The translations under genes were made by a program, and so were the position numbers. Below the pieces are notes generated by a model, which was given only the letters and a program-made list of their open reading frames with translations, did not search any database and was not told the DNA's origin. A stretch of DNA of 64,000 nucleotides from Anolis carolinensis (Eukaryota), in contig NW_026943821.1 in the NCBI RefSeq assembly GCF_035594765.1, positions 13,609,608 to 13,673,607 on the forward strand, in the 5' to 3' direction. Positions 26,546 through 39,456 of this stretch are shown in pieces. Position 1 is the stretch's first letter; each line of letters opens with the position of its first letter.

Positions 26546-26848
26546 GGGAGCCCCTGGCAGCACTGACCGAAAGGTCGGTGATTCAAATCTGGGAAGTGGG
26601 GTGAGCTTTTGCTATTAGCTCCAGCTTCTGCCAACCTAGCAGTTTGAAAACATGCAAATGCAAGTAGATCAATAGGTATCGCTCCAGCAGGAAGGTAATG
26701 GTGCTCCATGCAGACATGCCAGCTACATAACCTGGGAAGTATTTACGGACAACGTCGGCCCTTCGATTTAGAAATGGAGAAGAGCACCAACCTCCAGAGT
26801 CGGACATGACTAGACTTAATGTCAGGGGTAAACCTTTACTTTTACCTT
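26546..26848 (+). mobile_element. Sauria-type SINE
   Basis: Family similarity; imperfect TSD actccta. Confidence 0.85.
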
Positions 26849-27808
26849 CACTACTCCTATAATGTCTAGTGGTTGGCTGCAATCTGCATGGCTTGATTTT
26901 CTACATGGCTGAACCAGTTTTACGATATTGGGGTTGGAGAGAGCCATGACCAGCATTGGGCTCTGGCAGCCACCCAAGAAAAACCAGTACAGAAAACATC
27001 AGTCTGAGTCCTAAAACTCCACTTATTCCATTGCACTCAGAGGAACTGAACTCTGATGGATGTGTTTGATAAGGCTGCACAAATGTTACATAAACAATAG
27101 GCACAATAAATAATGGAATGTTCACTCTGCAGAAAAGAGAAGTCATTTTTATTGTTTTGTTTTGTTGCATTTTCACTTCTGAAAGCCACTTTAGTTCAAC
27201 ATTACTCGGTGTTTAATATACATGACCTTCAGGGCTGGTTGATATGTTCATTCTGTTGCCAAAGACCAAGACACTTCAACTGCCCTGGTTTGAGAAGGAC
27301 AATTCCAATTAAATGTTTGTCATCCCACTTGTTTTAGCTGCTTTTAAAGGTCCCAGTTTTTCTCTTCTCTTCCACCCTTCCTTTATTTTCAGCATTTTTC
27401 ATTTGCTGCAAACAGAGTTCAAAATACAAAAGTATTTGTCCTCAACTTTAACTCACCGGGAGAGAGAGGACAGGAGGGGGGCTTGCATATTGCCCTTTCC
27501 AGAAGCATTAGTCAAAAGCAAATTGCTGCAGCTTTTCAAACCTATGTCTCAGTTTTCATCTGGAGGTTATGGTGGTGTGAAAGGTACAGATCAAAACATC
27601 TGGAAGACCAAATATTCCTCATGCTTGCCTTTAAAAATTCAGAATTTTCCTTGAACACAAAGGTATTCATGTTGCCATACCATTTACAACCCACATTTAT
27701 GAGTTTCAAAACCAAGCTTAACAGTTGCTCTCCTCTTAGCTGGAATTGATGGGATCATATATGCATGTGCCTTTGGGTTCCTCTGCCACTTGACAAGAGT
27801 TCATTGGA

Positions 27809-30800
27809 TCAAAAAGATCCAAAAACTGTGCAAAGATTGGGCAGAAGAGATGTTACAGATTCTGTTGGTCTCACTCTTGTGATTTGTTCACACCCACTTG
27901 GATTAAGTTGAGTCTTCCTCCAGCTTGAAAACCAGAAGACAACAAAAAATATGAAGGAACAAAGAAAAACCCTAAAAGAAAATGGCAAGAGTACATAACC
28001 ATTAGTCAGGAGGTGGGATCACATAAGAACAAGAGGATTGTGAAGGATCCAGGTAATTATTACTTGGATCCCTCACATTCCTCATTTGCCTTCAAGTTGT
28101 TTCTAATACAAAGCGTGTCTATCACAGGTTATTCTGGGGCTAAGAGTGTGACCCAGCCAAAGTCACTCAGTGAATTTCCACGTTTGAGTGGAAAATCAAA
28201 GTAATAGTCCAATTCTCAAACAACTGCACCATTCTGGCTCCCATATAAATCATTTATTCCTAAAAATCTTCCCTTTTATTTCTCCCTTTCCACTGGATGG
28301 GCATCAAAGGCAAGGGATCACTTACTTGATGAGGAGTAGACCTATCAGGAAGGAAACTACTGCAGTCAAAGATCCAAATGTTGTAGACAAGAAGTCCTTA
28401 TGGGATGCTGTAATGATAAGATCAGAAAAAAGACAACAGGAATAGTTTGCTAGCTTGTGAAAGTTCTTGTCTTAACACATAGGACCTTATCACACGCACC
28501 CTCCCACCATGCCGTTTCACCAGCAAGCTTTGTGAAACAGCAGGTGCACAGGGAGACTCCATCACCCATGTGCCACTCCAGGGCAGTGACTCTTCCCCCA
28601 TCAAATGGAGGAAGCATCACCCAACCAGGGCAGAAGTGTGCTGGTGCCATTGGAGCCAGTACAACACGGGAGCCTTCCCATGTTGATGAGGAAACGTCCT
28701 AGGATGCTTCCACATCAACTGGAGGTGGGGCCTCTTCTGGAAATTGAGGGATGTAGTGTGATGGGCTGCATGGCCATCCATCACTCAGCTGGCTACAAGC
28801 ATCCTAGGACACTTAAATTGGTAAGTATGATGAGATCCTAAGTCATCTATATATATAAAAAAGTGATGGAATCCCGGCGACGAACAAAACAACAAAACTA
28901 TATACCCCACAACCTCAAAATTTAGCAGCACAACCCCTCCTCCATGCCTCTAGGTTCATACAACAAAAATAGACAACAGGAACCACCACGGGGCCTAATA
29001 AATCCAAAAAACAAGAACGCTCCATGTGCGCCTATGCCAAAACGAGCCCCAGGCGTGGACAGAACAACCCCCACCCCTCCCCTCAATGGGAGCTCCCGCA
29101 CGCTCCCATTTTCCTGCCCTGAGGCACCGCCCACCAAAAAAAACTCACCCACCAGCCCTCAACGTGGCACCAGGGAGGAGGGAACAACAAGGCCTGCACA
29201 GAACCCCCCTCCGCCACCCTCCGGAAAGGCCTGGCCGGAACCGGGGCCAGGGGACGCGATGAGGAGAGGGCCCAGAAGGCAGACCTCCTCCCTGGCCACC
29301 CTCCTCCGGGGCCTCCTTCTCCTCATTGTCATGAGGGAAACAAAGCCAGGAGGGAGGGAGGGAGGGGCCTGGCCCACGTCGCCCTGTCGAAAAGACACAC
29401 CAACGCCATGGAGGTATGGAGAGGCGGGGGCCAGAAGGAGGAGGAGGGGGACGTAGGAAGAGTTCTCCCTCAGTTACTTTCAGTTTCTCCTCATCTACGC
29501 CTCAATTATAATAAAAACAATCACAACCACAAAAATAATAATCAACATCTTCACAGGCAAGAAGCACCCAGGCACTGAAGCTGCAAGGCCATTCAATGCT
29601 AATCAAACTTGCCAATGACAACATTCACACTTCCAAACACACAATATAATACACTTAGCCAAGCTTCACCTATCCAAGGCAGTCTACCATTTAGTACTCA
29701 ATGTTTTTGAACTTAATGTTGCAATGTTTGGGTGCTACATTCGTAAAAACAGTAATTAATACATAACATTACTGTATATCGTATGTAATAATTACTGTGG
29801 TCTAATAAGAAAACAAAACAATAGCATCTCTAAAATCAGGACACAAAATACAAAACAACATTCAGAAGACAGGGAAATTCCAGAAAGGGAAATTCCAGAC
29901 AGGAAACAATCAGGCCCAGCTAACACATCCCAACAAAGGATTCCCTCAACCAGGAAACAGCCAGGCCTCAAACCTCCAAGGCCATTCAATATAAATCAAG
30001 GTAACTAACTGCAACATTCATACTTCCTGCACTCAGACTATTCATTCCTATTCGACCTGGCCAACCAACAATTCCACAAGGTAGAAAGCAGCCAGGCTTC
30101 AAACCACCAAGACTACTAACTCCTCTTCAACCTGTCAAACCAATATTTCACTTCATTTCACTTCACTTCACTTTATTTCTTAATTAGTCGCTCTCCACCA
30201 GAGTGCTCCGAGTGACTTACAATTTAAAATATCATTCCACAATATAAAAACATTCAACATAAAAACATTCAACAGTGACTATTTGGCAAACTAGATCTGA
30301 TCTACTCAAATGCACAACCAAACAGCCAAGTCTATTTCCCCTACATAAAAAACCCCTCACGTTTGGAAGCTATCAGGCCACTCCGTTCCATTCAACCAGC
30401 CCAAACAAGGAGGTCCCTATATAGAAAGCGCCCAGGCTTAGAAGCAGCGACGCTATTCAGTGCAATTCCAATTGGCCACAGCAACGCGTGGCAAGGCACA
30501 GCTAGTGAATTTATAAAGTGCAGTTACAAACAAGTTTGAGCTTCAACTGAACCAGTGGGAAACTCACAGTTCCCACCTCCTTCAAAATGCATCCTTCAAA
30601 ATGTTTGTCAAAGTCTCTTTGCAGATAAGCTTTTGCAAGAAGTCCATACTGAAAATGGCTTCCTCTGCTCCACATACCTCAAGCATCCAAAATAGCTTCC
30701 CCCATGTTGCTGATGAACTGTGCTCAGGTGGAATAAGAAGGTGAGGAAAGAGAAGGAAGAGGGAAAGCTACCTTTGTCCATCTAGTTTGGCCCAAGGAGA

Positions 30801-33800
30801 GGTAATGGGGTGGGAGTTTTCCACACCTCTGCTTTTTCTAGATGCCTTTGCAATGAGTCCTATTTTAGCATTGATGGGTGCATACATTGATCCACCCTGT
30901 CCCCCAAATAGATTCTCTACTCATATGACTCCTATAAAGTTCAGGATAAATGACAGAATACTCCAGCATGGGAGCCAGCATGGTGGAGTATTTTGAGCCC
31001 CCGGTGGCGCAGTGTGTTAAAGCGCTGAGCTGCTGAACTTGCAGACCGAAAGGTCGCAGGTTCAAATCCGGTGAGTGGAGTGAGCGCCCACTGTTAGCTC
31101 CAGCTTCTGCCAACCTAGCAGTTCAAAAACATGCATCCAAGGACCATTATATCTTAGGGACCGCCTCATTCCTTTTTTCCATCAGTGGTCACCTCGATCC
31201 TCCTAGGAAAATCTCCTATACGTACCGGGCCCTAGGGAGGAACGCCTGGAAGATACAAGGCGTAGAGCCTTTTCGGCCTATGCTCCAATTCTGTGGAACT
31301 CATTGCCTCCATATCTTAGAGCAATATGGGAGCTGCGACCTTTTGGAAAAGCACTCAAGACTTGGCTATTTGGTTGTGCATTTACTAATCAGATCTAATT
31401 TGCCAAATAGTCACTGTTGAATGTTTTTAGGTTGAATGTTTTTATGATGAATGTTTTTATATTGTGGAATGATATTTTAAATTGTAAATCGCTCGGAGCA
31501 CTCTGCTGGAGAGCGACTAATTAAGAAATAAAGTGAAGTGAAGTGAAGTGAAGTGAAGTGAATGTGAGATCAATAGGTACCGCTCTGGCAGGAAGGTAAC
31601 GGCGCTCCATGCAGTCATGCCGGCCACATGACCTTGGCTCTTCAGCTTAGAAATGGAGATGAGCACCAACCCCCAGTCGGACATGACTGGACTTAACATC
31701 AGGGAAAACCTTTACCTTTACTAAAAGACAGAACAACTTGATCTGAAATGTAACATGAGAGCTATTAGCGGACAATGTTCAGTAACACTCTGAACAATAC
31801 CTTCCTTTAAAGGAAATCGGATGGCAACTATAATCTGCCTAATAGGCTTGAGCGATCCATGAAAAAATTGATTCTAAACTCGTTTCAAAAGTAGGGGGCG
31901 CTAGCGTTTTGTTTCTGATGTCATTTTCGAATTTTGCCCTCAAAAATTTTCGAAATTTAACAAAAATTCGTTAGTTTCAAAAGTAATTCGTTAATGGCGG
32001 ACGCGTATGCGCAGAAGCAAAAAAAAAACAGCACGAGGGGAGACTTTACAGGACTCTCCCGCCCTCATTTTTTGAGCTATCTTCTTCAAACTTGGTATAG
32101 TGGTAGAACGCATTTAACACTGATAGCTCACCAAAATTCAGAACGTTTCCCTTATCCTCTGATTTTTGGCGAATTTTAATAGCTTTTATAATAAACCATT
32201 TTTTAATAATTGCAGAAATCTGTTCCTGGTTTGAAAGTCTTATTTCCTGTTTCATTGGGTTGTCTTTACTGTGAAAATCATTGTTCTACTTCAGAAACTT
32301 TGTTTTTGTGGCTGAAACTTTGTTAAATTGGTGGACCAAACCATAATATGTTCCATCCATGTCGCTTGCACAAAGTTCAGGCAGTGTCATAGATTTTGCC
32401 ATGTTTCTATGACAGAACCAATTAGGAAATGACATTTATCACCCAGGAACAGAAATCATAGTACACCATCAAATCATTCCTGACAGATGGCCATCAGCCT
32501 CTGAATAAGGAAATAGTTCCTGGTTTGAAAGTGCTATTTCCTGTTTCATTGGCTTTTCTGGGCTGAGAGTGTGTGACTTGCCCAAGTGGGTGGCTGAGTG
32601 GGGAATCAAGCCACAATTGGAGTCCAAAATTCAAACCTCTCCCTCCCTCCTTCTCTCTAAACTTCTCATACCTTCCAAGAATTCACATACTGTATGAAAG
32701 TTTGGTCAAGATGGTCAGAGGAGGGCAACTAAAATGATCTAGGGTCTGGAGAACAAGCCCTATGAGGAGCGGCTTGAAGAACTGGGCATGTTTAGCCTGC
32801 AGAAAAGAAGGCTGAGAGGAGACATGATGTATAAATATGTGAGGGGAAGTCATAGAGAGGAGGGAGCAAGCTTGTTTTCTGCTGCCCTGCAGACTAGGAT
32901 GCGGAACAATGGCTTCAAACTACAGGAAAGGAGATTCCACCTGAACATCAGGAAGAACTTCCTCACTGTGAGCTGTTCAGCTGTGGAACTCTCTCCCCCG
33001 GGCTGTGGTGGAGGCTCCTTCTTTGGAGGCTTTTAAGCAGAGGCTGGATGGCCATCTGTTGGGAGGGATTGGATGGTGTCTTCCTGCCTGGCAGAAGGGG
33101 TTGGGCTGGATGGCCCACGAGGTCTCTTCCAACTCTACCGTTCAATGACTCTATGATTCTAAGTGAGGACAAAAGGGGGTGGGGAATGTTAAGAGGAGAG
33201 AGGGCCTGGAACACCTGGGAATTGTAGTTTTAAAGTGGGCAGGGCATAGTACTATTGGAGAAACGTTTGCTTCAGCCCAATGCTTTTATAAATGGTCACA
33301 ATTCAGAGGCTTCGTTCTCCTGCATTTTGAAAGCTATTATGATGAAATTTGCCAGAATGGAAGCAAAAATTAAGTACTCTTTGCCTATCAAGTTTCATAA
33401 TGTTTGACCCATCCACTGAATTTTGGGGATTTCTGAAGCAACATTTTTTAAAAATGTTAGCAGATCGATGACCACGCCTCCCTGTCCTCCTTCCTTCCAC
33501 TTTGATTGGCTTGCTAAGGCTTCTGGGAAATGGAGTTTTTCTCTCCTAATGGCGACTTGCTTCATTTCCACTTAAAAGAATGGTCAAAATTCAGAGGCTT
33601 CGTTCTCCTGCATTTTGAAAGCTATTATGATGAAATTTGCCAGAATGGAAGCAAAAATTAAGTACTCTTTGCCTATCAAGTTTCATAATGTTTGACCCAT
33701 CCACTGATTTTTTGGGGATTTTTGAAGCAACATTTTTTTAAAATGCTAGCAGATTGATGGCCATGCCTCTCCCTCCCTCTCTCTTCCGCTCTGATTGGCT

Positions 33801-34655
33801 GAGAGGCATGCCAACATGGCTTCTCCTCTCAGAGGGGCTACAGCTACATCCGAAGACATCAGAAACAAATGAAAAAAGGTACTTTTTTATTCAAATTCGT
33901 AATATTTGTAAGGCAGTGAGCAGATGTTTCAAATATCATTTCAAAAGTACTTCCGAAACGAATTTTTAACGAATTTAACGAACTAACGAAAAATTTGCTC
34001 AAGCCTACTGCCTAAGCCATAAAGTGATAAGAGTGATCAGATCATTTTGGGAGGACTTTAGTAGATAGCTCAGAGGTACGTACCTGTCACTGTCACAGTT
34101 GTTTGAAAGTCATGATAATTTATTCTTATTCTTCCTTTCTCCATTCTGAAGAAATAAGTCTTTTGGTCAACATCTTGAACATTGCTGATGATGAAAGAGC
34201 AAACCCCTTTCTTTAGACCTTCCAGTAGATAAAAGCGCTTGCGAGCGTACTGCGCGATCGTTTTTCGGTCATCGTTGGTGGCCACAGGAGGATCAAAGGC
34301 AATATTGCTACCTTCCTCATACCAGTATCCATACAGTTCGGCCATTTTATTGCTGGTTAATGCTGGGTACGTGAAATTGCAGGGGATGACGACAGACTGG
34401 CCCTCCTCAACTGACACAGCATGAGGGACATTCAGTGTGTAATCATACGTTGTAGACAACACACCTGCAAAGAAAACATAAGAAATTCATATCCCTTCAA
34501 TAGAGAACACTTGATCAAGGAAAAGATTCTGTAGAATAATCCAGGATGGATTCCTTATGGTCTCTGAGCTCTGTTCTCTCAATCTCTTACTTACCGTCCC
34601 AATATAGTGAGAAGAAAACCAATCCAAGCATCAAGATCTCAAAGACAGAGCTCAT
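27809..34655 (-). CDS. Siglec-like receptor B (single V-set, TM lysine, tyrosine-free tail), 228 aa
   Basis: Exons: 34595-34655 signal MSSVFEILMLGLVFFSLYWDG; 34084-34464 V-set (VSVEEGQSVVIPCNFTYP..YGYWY..PVATND..RF.L..CSF.I..D..TYFFRME); 28326-28407 ASHKDFLSTTFGSLTAVVSFLIGLLLI-AA|gtaagt; 27809-27971 ag|G-VFLCSFIFFVVFWFSSWRK...GSF*. All introns are GT-AG and all phases are compatible. Confidence 0.75.
28846..30505 (+). mobile_element. Non-autonomous Helitron with cargo, in Siglec B intron 2
   Basis: 5' A|TCtatatatataaaa; 3' hairpin gccacagcaacgcgtggc followed by CTAG|T; no TSD; same termini as 51660-52121. Confidence 0.8.
30146..30333 (-). mobile_element. L2 LINE 3' UTR fragment nested in the Helitron
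   Basis: Reverse complement of about 31358-31560, including the (GTGAA)n tail. Confidence 0.8.
30995..31722 (+). mobile_element. Sauria-type SINE interrupted by an L2 3' end (about 31135-31560)
   Basis: The SINE breaks at aaaacatgca and resumes at aatgtgag. The insert encodes GPLYLRDRL..RAFSAYAPILWNSLP..LKTWLF and ends in (GTGAA)n. Confidence 0.85.
31843..34007. mobile_element. Non-autonomous hAT-like DNA transposon containing a CR1 insertion (32714-33158) and an internal direct repeat
   Basis: TIR taggcttgagc / gctcaagccta; 8-bp TSD ctgcctaa (31835-31842, 34008-34015); direct repeat starting at 33291 and 33579. Confidence 0.85.
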
Positions 34656-35493
34656 CCTACTTTTTGTTTTCCTCCGTGGAACTTCGGCCACTTCACAGCT
34701 CTTCTATTTGCTGTAGAATTTCACAACCCATCTGTAGTTGATGGTAGAAATAATATCTATTTCTCCAGCAAGTGCGGAATCTGATTGGTTACCCAACAGT
34801 TGATGTTTCAAGATATAAGGCTAGTTTGTTAAGAGAGCAAATGCTTATTATAGCAGGGAGAGACTTCTGTGATTCAGAAGACAGAAGGCAAAAGTTGAGG
34901 AGAAGTCAGCCCTCTATAAAAAGGGAACTCCAATACATGGCAACGAAGTGAAGCCACTATGTTTTGAATTCTTGGCTGCTTACCAATGACCTTCTGATGT
35001 TTACTCAGTGGACAGCAAAGTTTAGAAATGGGAAGGGCCATTTCTTTTTCTCTTATTTTTTTTTGAAGGCTTAGCTATTTTCAGATGATTTAACTGCGTT
35101 CAGGAGAAGTAACAAATGGAAAAATACGAGACCACACTCAGAATGTTGGGTTGAAAGATAGGTCATTTTATTTAAAGTATAGCCTATTTAAAGTTCAAAC
35201 TTTAGGATTACTCAAAAGGGAGGTGCAACCCAGTGTGGGAGTGGCAGAGGCAGTTGGTCTGTGACAAACCTTCTCCCCAGCTTTCCTTTGGCAAAACATC
35301 TAAGCTGCAGGGAGAACCCAAAAGTTGCTTTGCTCCATGCCTAGCCATTTACTGGAGGATCCAAACTCCAAGTCACATTAACTGTAGCGAGGGCTAAACT
35401 CCCAAGCCAGCCAAAAAACAGCCTTCTTCTCTACTCCTGTATCTCATGACATGTCTAGGTGGCTCCAGAGAACTATACATCACCAAATGGATG

Positions 35494-35683
35494 TCATAGA
35501 AGTTGACTGAACACCCAATTTCTTCCCCTCTCCCTCAAATGCTGCCTCGGTTTCTGCTTATTTCTCTTATTCTTGTGTCTTCTTAATACCATAGCTGTTG
35601 GAACTCTCCTTCTCACTTGAGCTTTCCATTGAGTGGAAAAAGAAATGATGGTGAAAAAGAAGAGGAAACTGATTTTCAGTGAC
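35494..35683 (-). pseudogene. Orphan copy of the activating-Siglec TM2/cytoplasmic exon
   Basis: SLKISFLFFFTIISFSTQWKAQVRRR aligns with Siglec C ALLCFFFFISIISLFTQRKAQVMKR. Acceptor is weak and no upstream partner exons were found nearby. Confidence 0.65.
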
Positions 35684-36166
35684 CTCAAATTTCCCTTTGG
35701 GTATTGAATTATTTAAAATTAAGCATCTCAAGATACTATACATTGGTGGTTGTTCCAACAGATGACTGTTTTAACTGCACGCATTTGCTTCTCGATCTCT
35801 GTGTCTTTCATTTAGCTTGAAGCTTTCATGTGGCTTTCCATGTGGCGACTGTTAGTTTCGAGATTAGTCTTTCTAAAGCAGCTTGCACATATTAAAGTAT
35901 AGAAAACATTTCATGATATTACAACACACCTTCCAATTCTCCTAATTTGGCAGGAACAGTTTTGATTAATCCTCCACCTCTCATTTTTTCAGCTGCTTTT
36001 TAAACAATTTAGTGTTTCTCTTCCTCTCTTCCTTCCTGTTTACCCTTTGTGCTCAGTTCCCAGAAAGTGAATTCAAAATTTTAAAAACCCAATTTGCAGT
36101 AAAAGACAAGTTCATTTTATTACAAAACTTTAATTAGATCAATAATATATATAAACAAAGAATAGT

Positions 36167-36495
36167 GAAAGTAAATGTTTTCCCCTGACATTAAGTCTAG
36201 TCGTATCCGACTCTGGGGGTTGGTGCTCATCTCCATTTCTAAGCCGAAGAGCCGGCACTGTCCGTAGACACCTCCAAGGTCATGTGGCCGGCATGACTGT
36301 ATGGAGTGCCTTTACCTTCCTGCCAGAGTGGTACCTATTGATCTACTCACATTTGCATGTTTTCGAACTGCTAGTTTGGCAGACGCTGGAGCTAACAGCG
36401 GGAACTCACCCCACTCCCCAGATTTGAACTGTCAACCTTTCAGTCAGCAAGTTCAGCAGCTCAGTGGTTTAATCCGCTGTGCCACCGGGGGCTCC
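36167..36495 (-). mobile_element. Sauria-type SINE
   Basis: Family similarity to 1748-2073. Confidence 0.9.
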
Positions 36496-37215
36496 AAACA
36501 AAGGATAGGAGAAAACTAAGTTTGCTTTGGATGGGTGGGATTTGGATTCCCATTCTGCCCAAGATAAGCTTCCTCTTTTAAACATTAGCGCAACAGATAT
36601 GTGTCATAGCAAAAGACAACTGTGGACTTTATCAATGCCATAAACACCTCAGATTCTTGAAAAAAGCATTACAGGTTGAGTTTCCTTTATTCAAACTTTT
36701 TAAAACCAGAAATGTTTTGGATTTCAGATATAAAGGTCTGTTTATTGGATTTTGGAATACTTTTACCTATACATGTTGAATGAGGTGGGACCTAAATCTA
36801 AACATGACATTCTTTGTATAGCATCATACTATGAAGCATTCTAGCTGAGACAAGTTGGAAAACAAGAAATCAATAAAGCTGATAATGAATCAGCTTTATT
36901 TATTTCTCTGCTGCCCAAAGAAAATCCAGCAGGACACGAGAATGCCAAAGCTACAAACTCCAACATAATAAAATTCCTGGAAATGAAAGTTGAGGGCTGA
37001 CTGTACATCTATTTTTATTTGTTTTGCTAAGGAACCTGGATAGTCTGAACATTTTCTTTCATCTTGTTGGAGAGGAGGGAGCAAAGTCTTGCTATCCAAG
37101 TTGGCTCACACAACAGCAACTGCTGCACCCTCTTTTAATTATATACTGTATGTTGTTTTGCCATCTTGATTCATTAAAGTTCCATCTTCACAGTCACTAA
37201 GTCATAGTTGTGATA

Positions 37216-37538
37216 CAGTAGAGTCTCACTTATCCAACATAAACGGGCCGGCAGAAGCTTGGATAAGCAAATATCTTGGATAATAAGGAGGGATTAAGGA
37301 AGAGCCTATTAAACATCAAATTAGGTTATGATTTTACAAATTAAGCACCAAAACATCATGTTTTACAACAAATTTGACAGAAAAAGCAGTTTAATACGCA
37401 GTAATGTTATGTTGTAATTATTGTATTTACAAATTTAGCACCAAAATATCACGATATATTGAAAACATTGACTACAAAAATGGCTTGGATAATCCAGAAA
37501 CTTGGATAAGTGAGGCTTGGATAAGTGAGACTCTACTG
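37216..37538. mobile_element. Tc1/mariner-type MITE
   Basis: TIR cagtagagtctcacttatccaa; TA TSD. Confidence 0.9.
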
Positions 37539-37944
37539 TACCTTTTCTATGATTGTAAACCATATCCATAATCACCATTCTGACCCTGACTCCCAACAGC
37601 CTAGTATTTATGAGGTATCAGCTTCATAAATGATACCATTCTGCTAGCAATGAAAGCATGAATGAATTATATTTCTGGCAGGTTGTGGGAGTGTTTAGGC
37701 CAGGATAAGTTATTTTACTAAGTGTACTTAACTAAGTAGTCAATGTAGAATACTGGTCATTATTATTAATTGGGTACTGCTATTACAAACCATTGTTAAT
37801 TGATTACTCTGGCCAACATACATTTTGGTGCCTCTGTTTAGCCCTGTTTCTTGGCATAATAGAGTCTCTGAATCCAAAAATGGCACCAATTCCCCCCTAT
37901 CAGCTTTTGTTTTTGAGATACAGAACATATGCCATCTACTGAAT

Positions 37945-38410
37945 GGGCCGGGCTTTAGCACAACAGGTTAAACCAACAGCTGTACAAATCTTGTCAATCA
38001 AAAGTTGACAATTCGAAGCCCGAGTCAGGGTGAGCTCCTGGCCTTTAGCCCAGCTTCTGCCTACCTAGCAGACCAAAAGCAAAATGCAAGTAGATAAATA
38101 GGGACCTCTAAAAAAAGCAGAGAGGTATTTAGGCACCCATAAGGAAATGCCAGAAAAATGCCAGTGATTTGATCAAGGAAGGAAGTTTATGAACAAGAAG
38201 CTCTTTAGCAGAGAGATGGAGTAACAGCACCCCCACATTCCCCGTGGCCAGAATCGAGCACAAGCCTTCAAGATGCCAAAGATGAGAAACACCTACCTAT
38301 ATCTATGTTACAATTATCTGTCATGTCAATGTATAAACGGCATTGAATGTTCTGTGATCAGCCCAAATCCCCTTCGGCGTGACAAGGGAGGAATATAAAT
38401 ACTGTAAATA
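37945..38410 (+). mobile_element. tRNA-derived SINE (Sauria-related second family)
   Basis: Head gggccgggctttagcacaacaggttaaacc; homologous to 47240-48036 (-). Confidence 0.75.
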
Positions 38411-38854
38411 AAGAAATAATTACCAGTTGCCAGCTGCTTTCCCATTAAAAAACCATGATAACCATAAAAAAACATGATAAGAGATCATGTGGTCTATCCA
38501 ATGCAATTTTCTGAATCAGAGCCCCAAAGAACCATAGAAACATGCCTAAAAACCAAGACAACAAGATTATCACCATGGCTCCCAAATCAACATCCTAAAA
38601 ATCAGCTAAAATATTTTTTCCAAACAAATTTAAAATTATTTTAAAGCCAGTCATAAAACCATAAGAACATATGAAATGATCAGAGGTGCATTTAGGATGG
38701 AGCCAACCTGACTTCACTTGGCAGGGAATTTCCTTAGCAAGTGCATGCAAGAGCAAACCTATCTCCTGTACACATCAACCAAGCCTCTTGAGCTTGGGCT
38801 TTTTGCTGAGAATCTCAAAGGTTGTTTGGTGAAATGCAAAAATAGAACATAACT

Positions 38855-39019
38855 GTGAATGAGGAAGTGGTTTGCATAGATAAGTGATATGAATCATGAC
38901 TTAACTTTTCATTGTCCACTAAACTTTCTCATAATCTATTTTCCTTTCTCGCAGGCTGAATTGCAAAGTAGAAAGGAATGAGAGCGAACATTTCCAGATC
39001 ACTCGATCAAGGCAACTAT
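38855..39019 (+). promoter_or_regulatory. Putative promoter and non-coding first exon of GPR33-like copy 2
   Basis: ETS/RUNX-like gaggaagtggttt (38861-38873); block homologous to 59545-59710; donor tat|gtgagt at 39020. Confidence 0.5.
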
Positions 39020-39456
39020 GTGAGTGGGGATTGTCTGAAGAGGGATGGTGGTGTATCATTCCTGTTGTTTACATTTTATTATTTATTGTATTTATAGATA
39101 TTCATAGATATGCAGCATATGATATTGAGGTGGGAAAAAGGCAGGAGTCCAGATCAGTGCTTAAATATTTTGAGGTCTATTGGCAAGAGAGTTCATCAGT
39201 CTTGGTTTCCATCCCTCAAAGGAAAAGTGACTCTGTTTACTCTATTTTTTTCTGAGTTTTCCTAGCTCCCTTCCCTTCCCATCATTGCTTCTGCCTCGAA
39301 TTTCTTTTCCACATCCATCAATCATTGGGATGTAATAACCATCATTACATGGGAAGAGACCATTATCCAGAAAGTGAAGGTGGGAAGGGAAATGATTTGG
39401 AGCTGGTAGACGTGGAAGTAAAATTCTATATATTTCTTTTGCAAATGTTAAGTCAA

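Noticed and set aside
28450-28830. Candidate missing Ig exon of Siglec B
   Set aside because: No minus-strand frame shows Ig Cys/Trp spacing with proper splice sites.
28922-29456. Pro/Arg-rich ORFs
   Set aside because: Arise from GC-rich Helitron cargo; no recognisable domain.
30995-31090. tRNA-like sequences
   Set aside because: These are SINE heads, not tRNA genes.
36896-37099. Mildly hydrophobic ORF as a possible TM exon
   Set aside because: No similarity to the TM exons of A, B or C, and no convincing donor.
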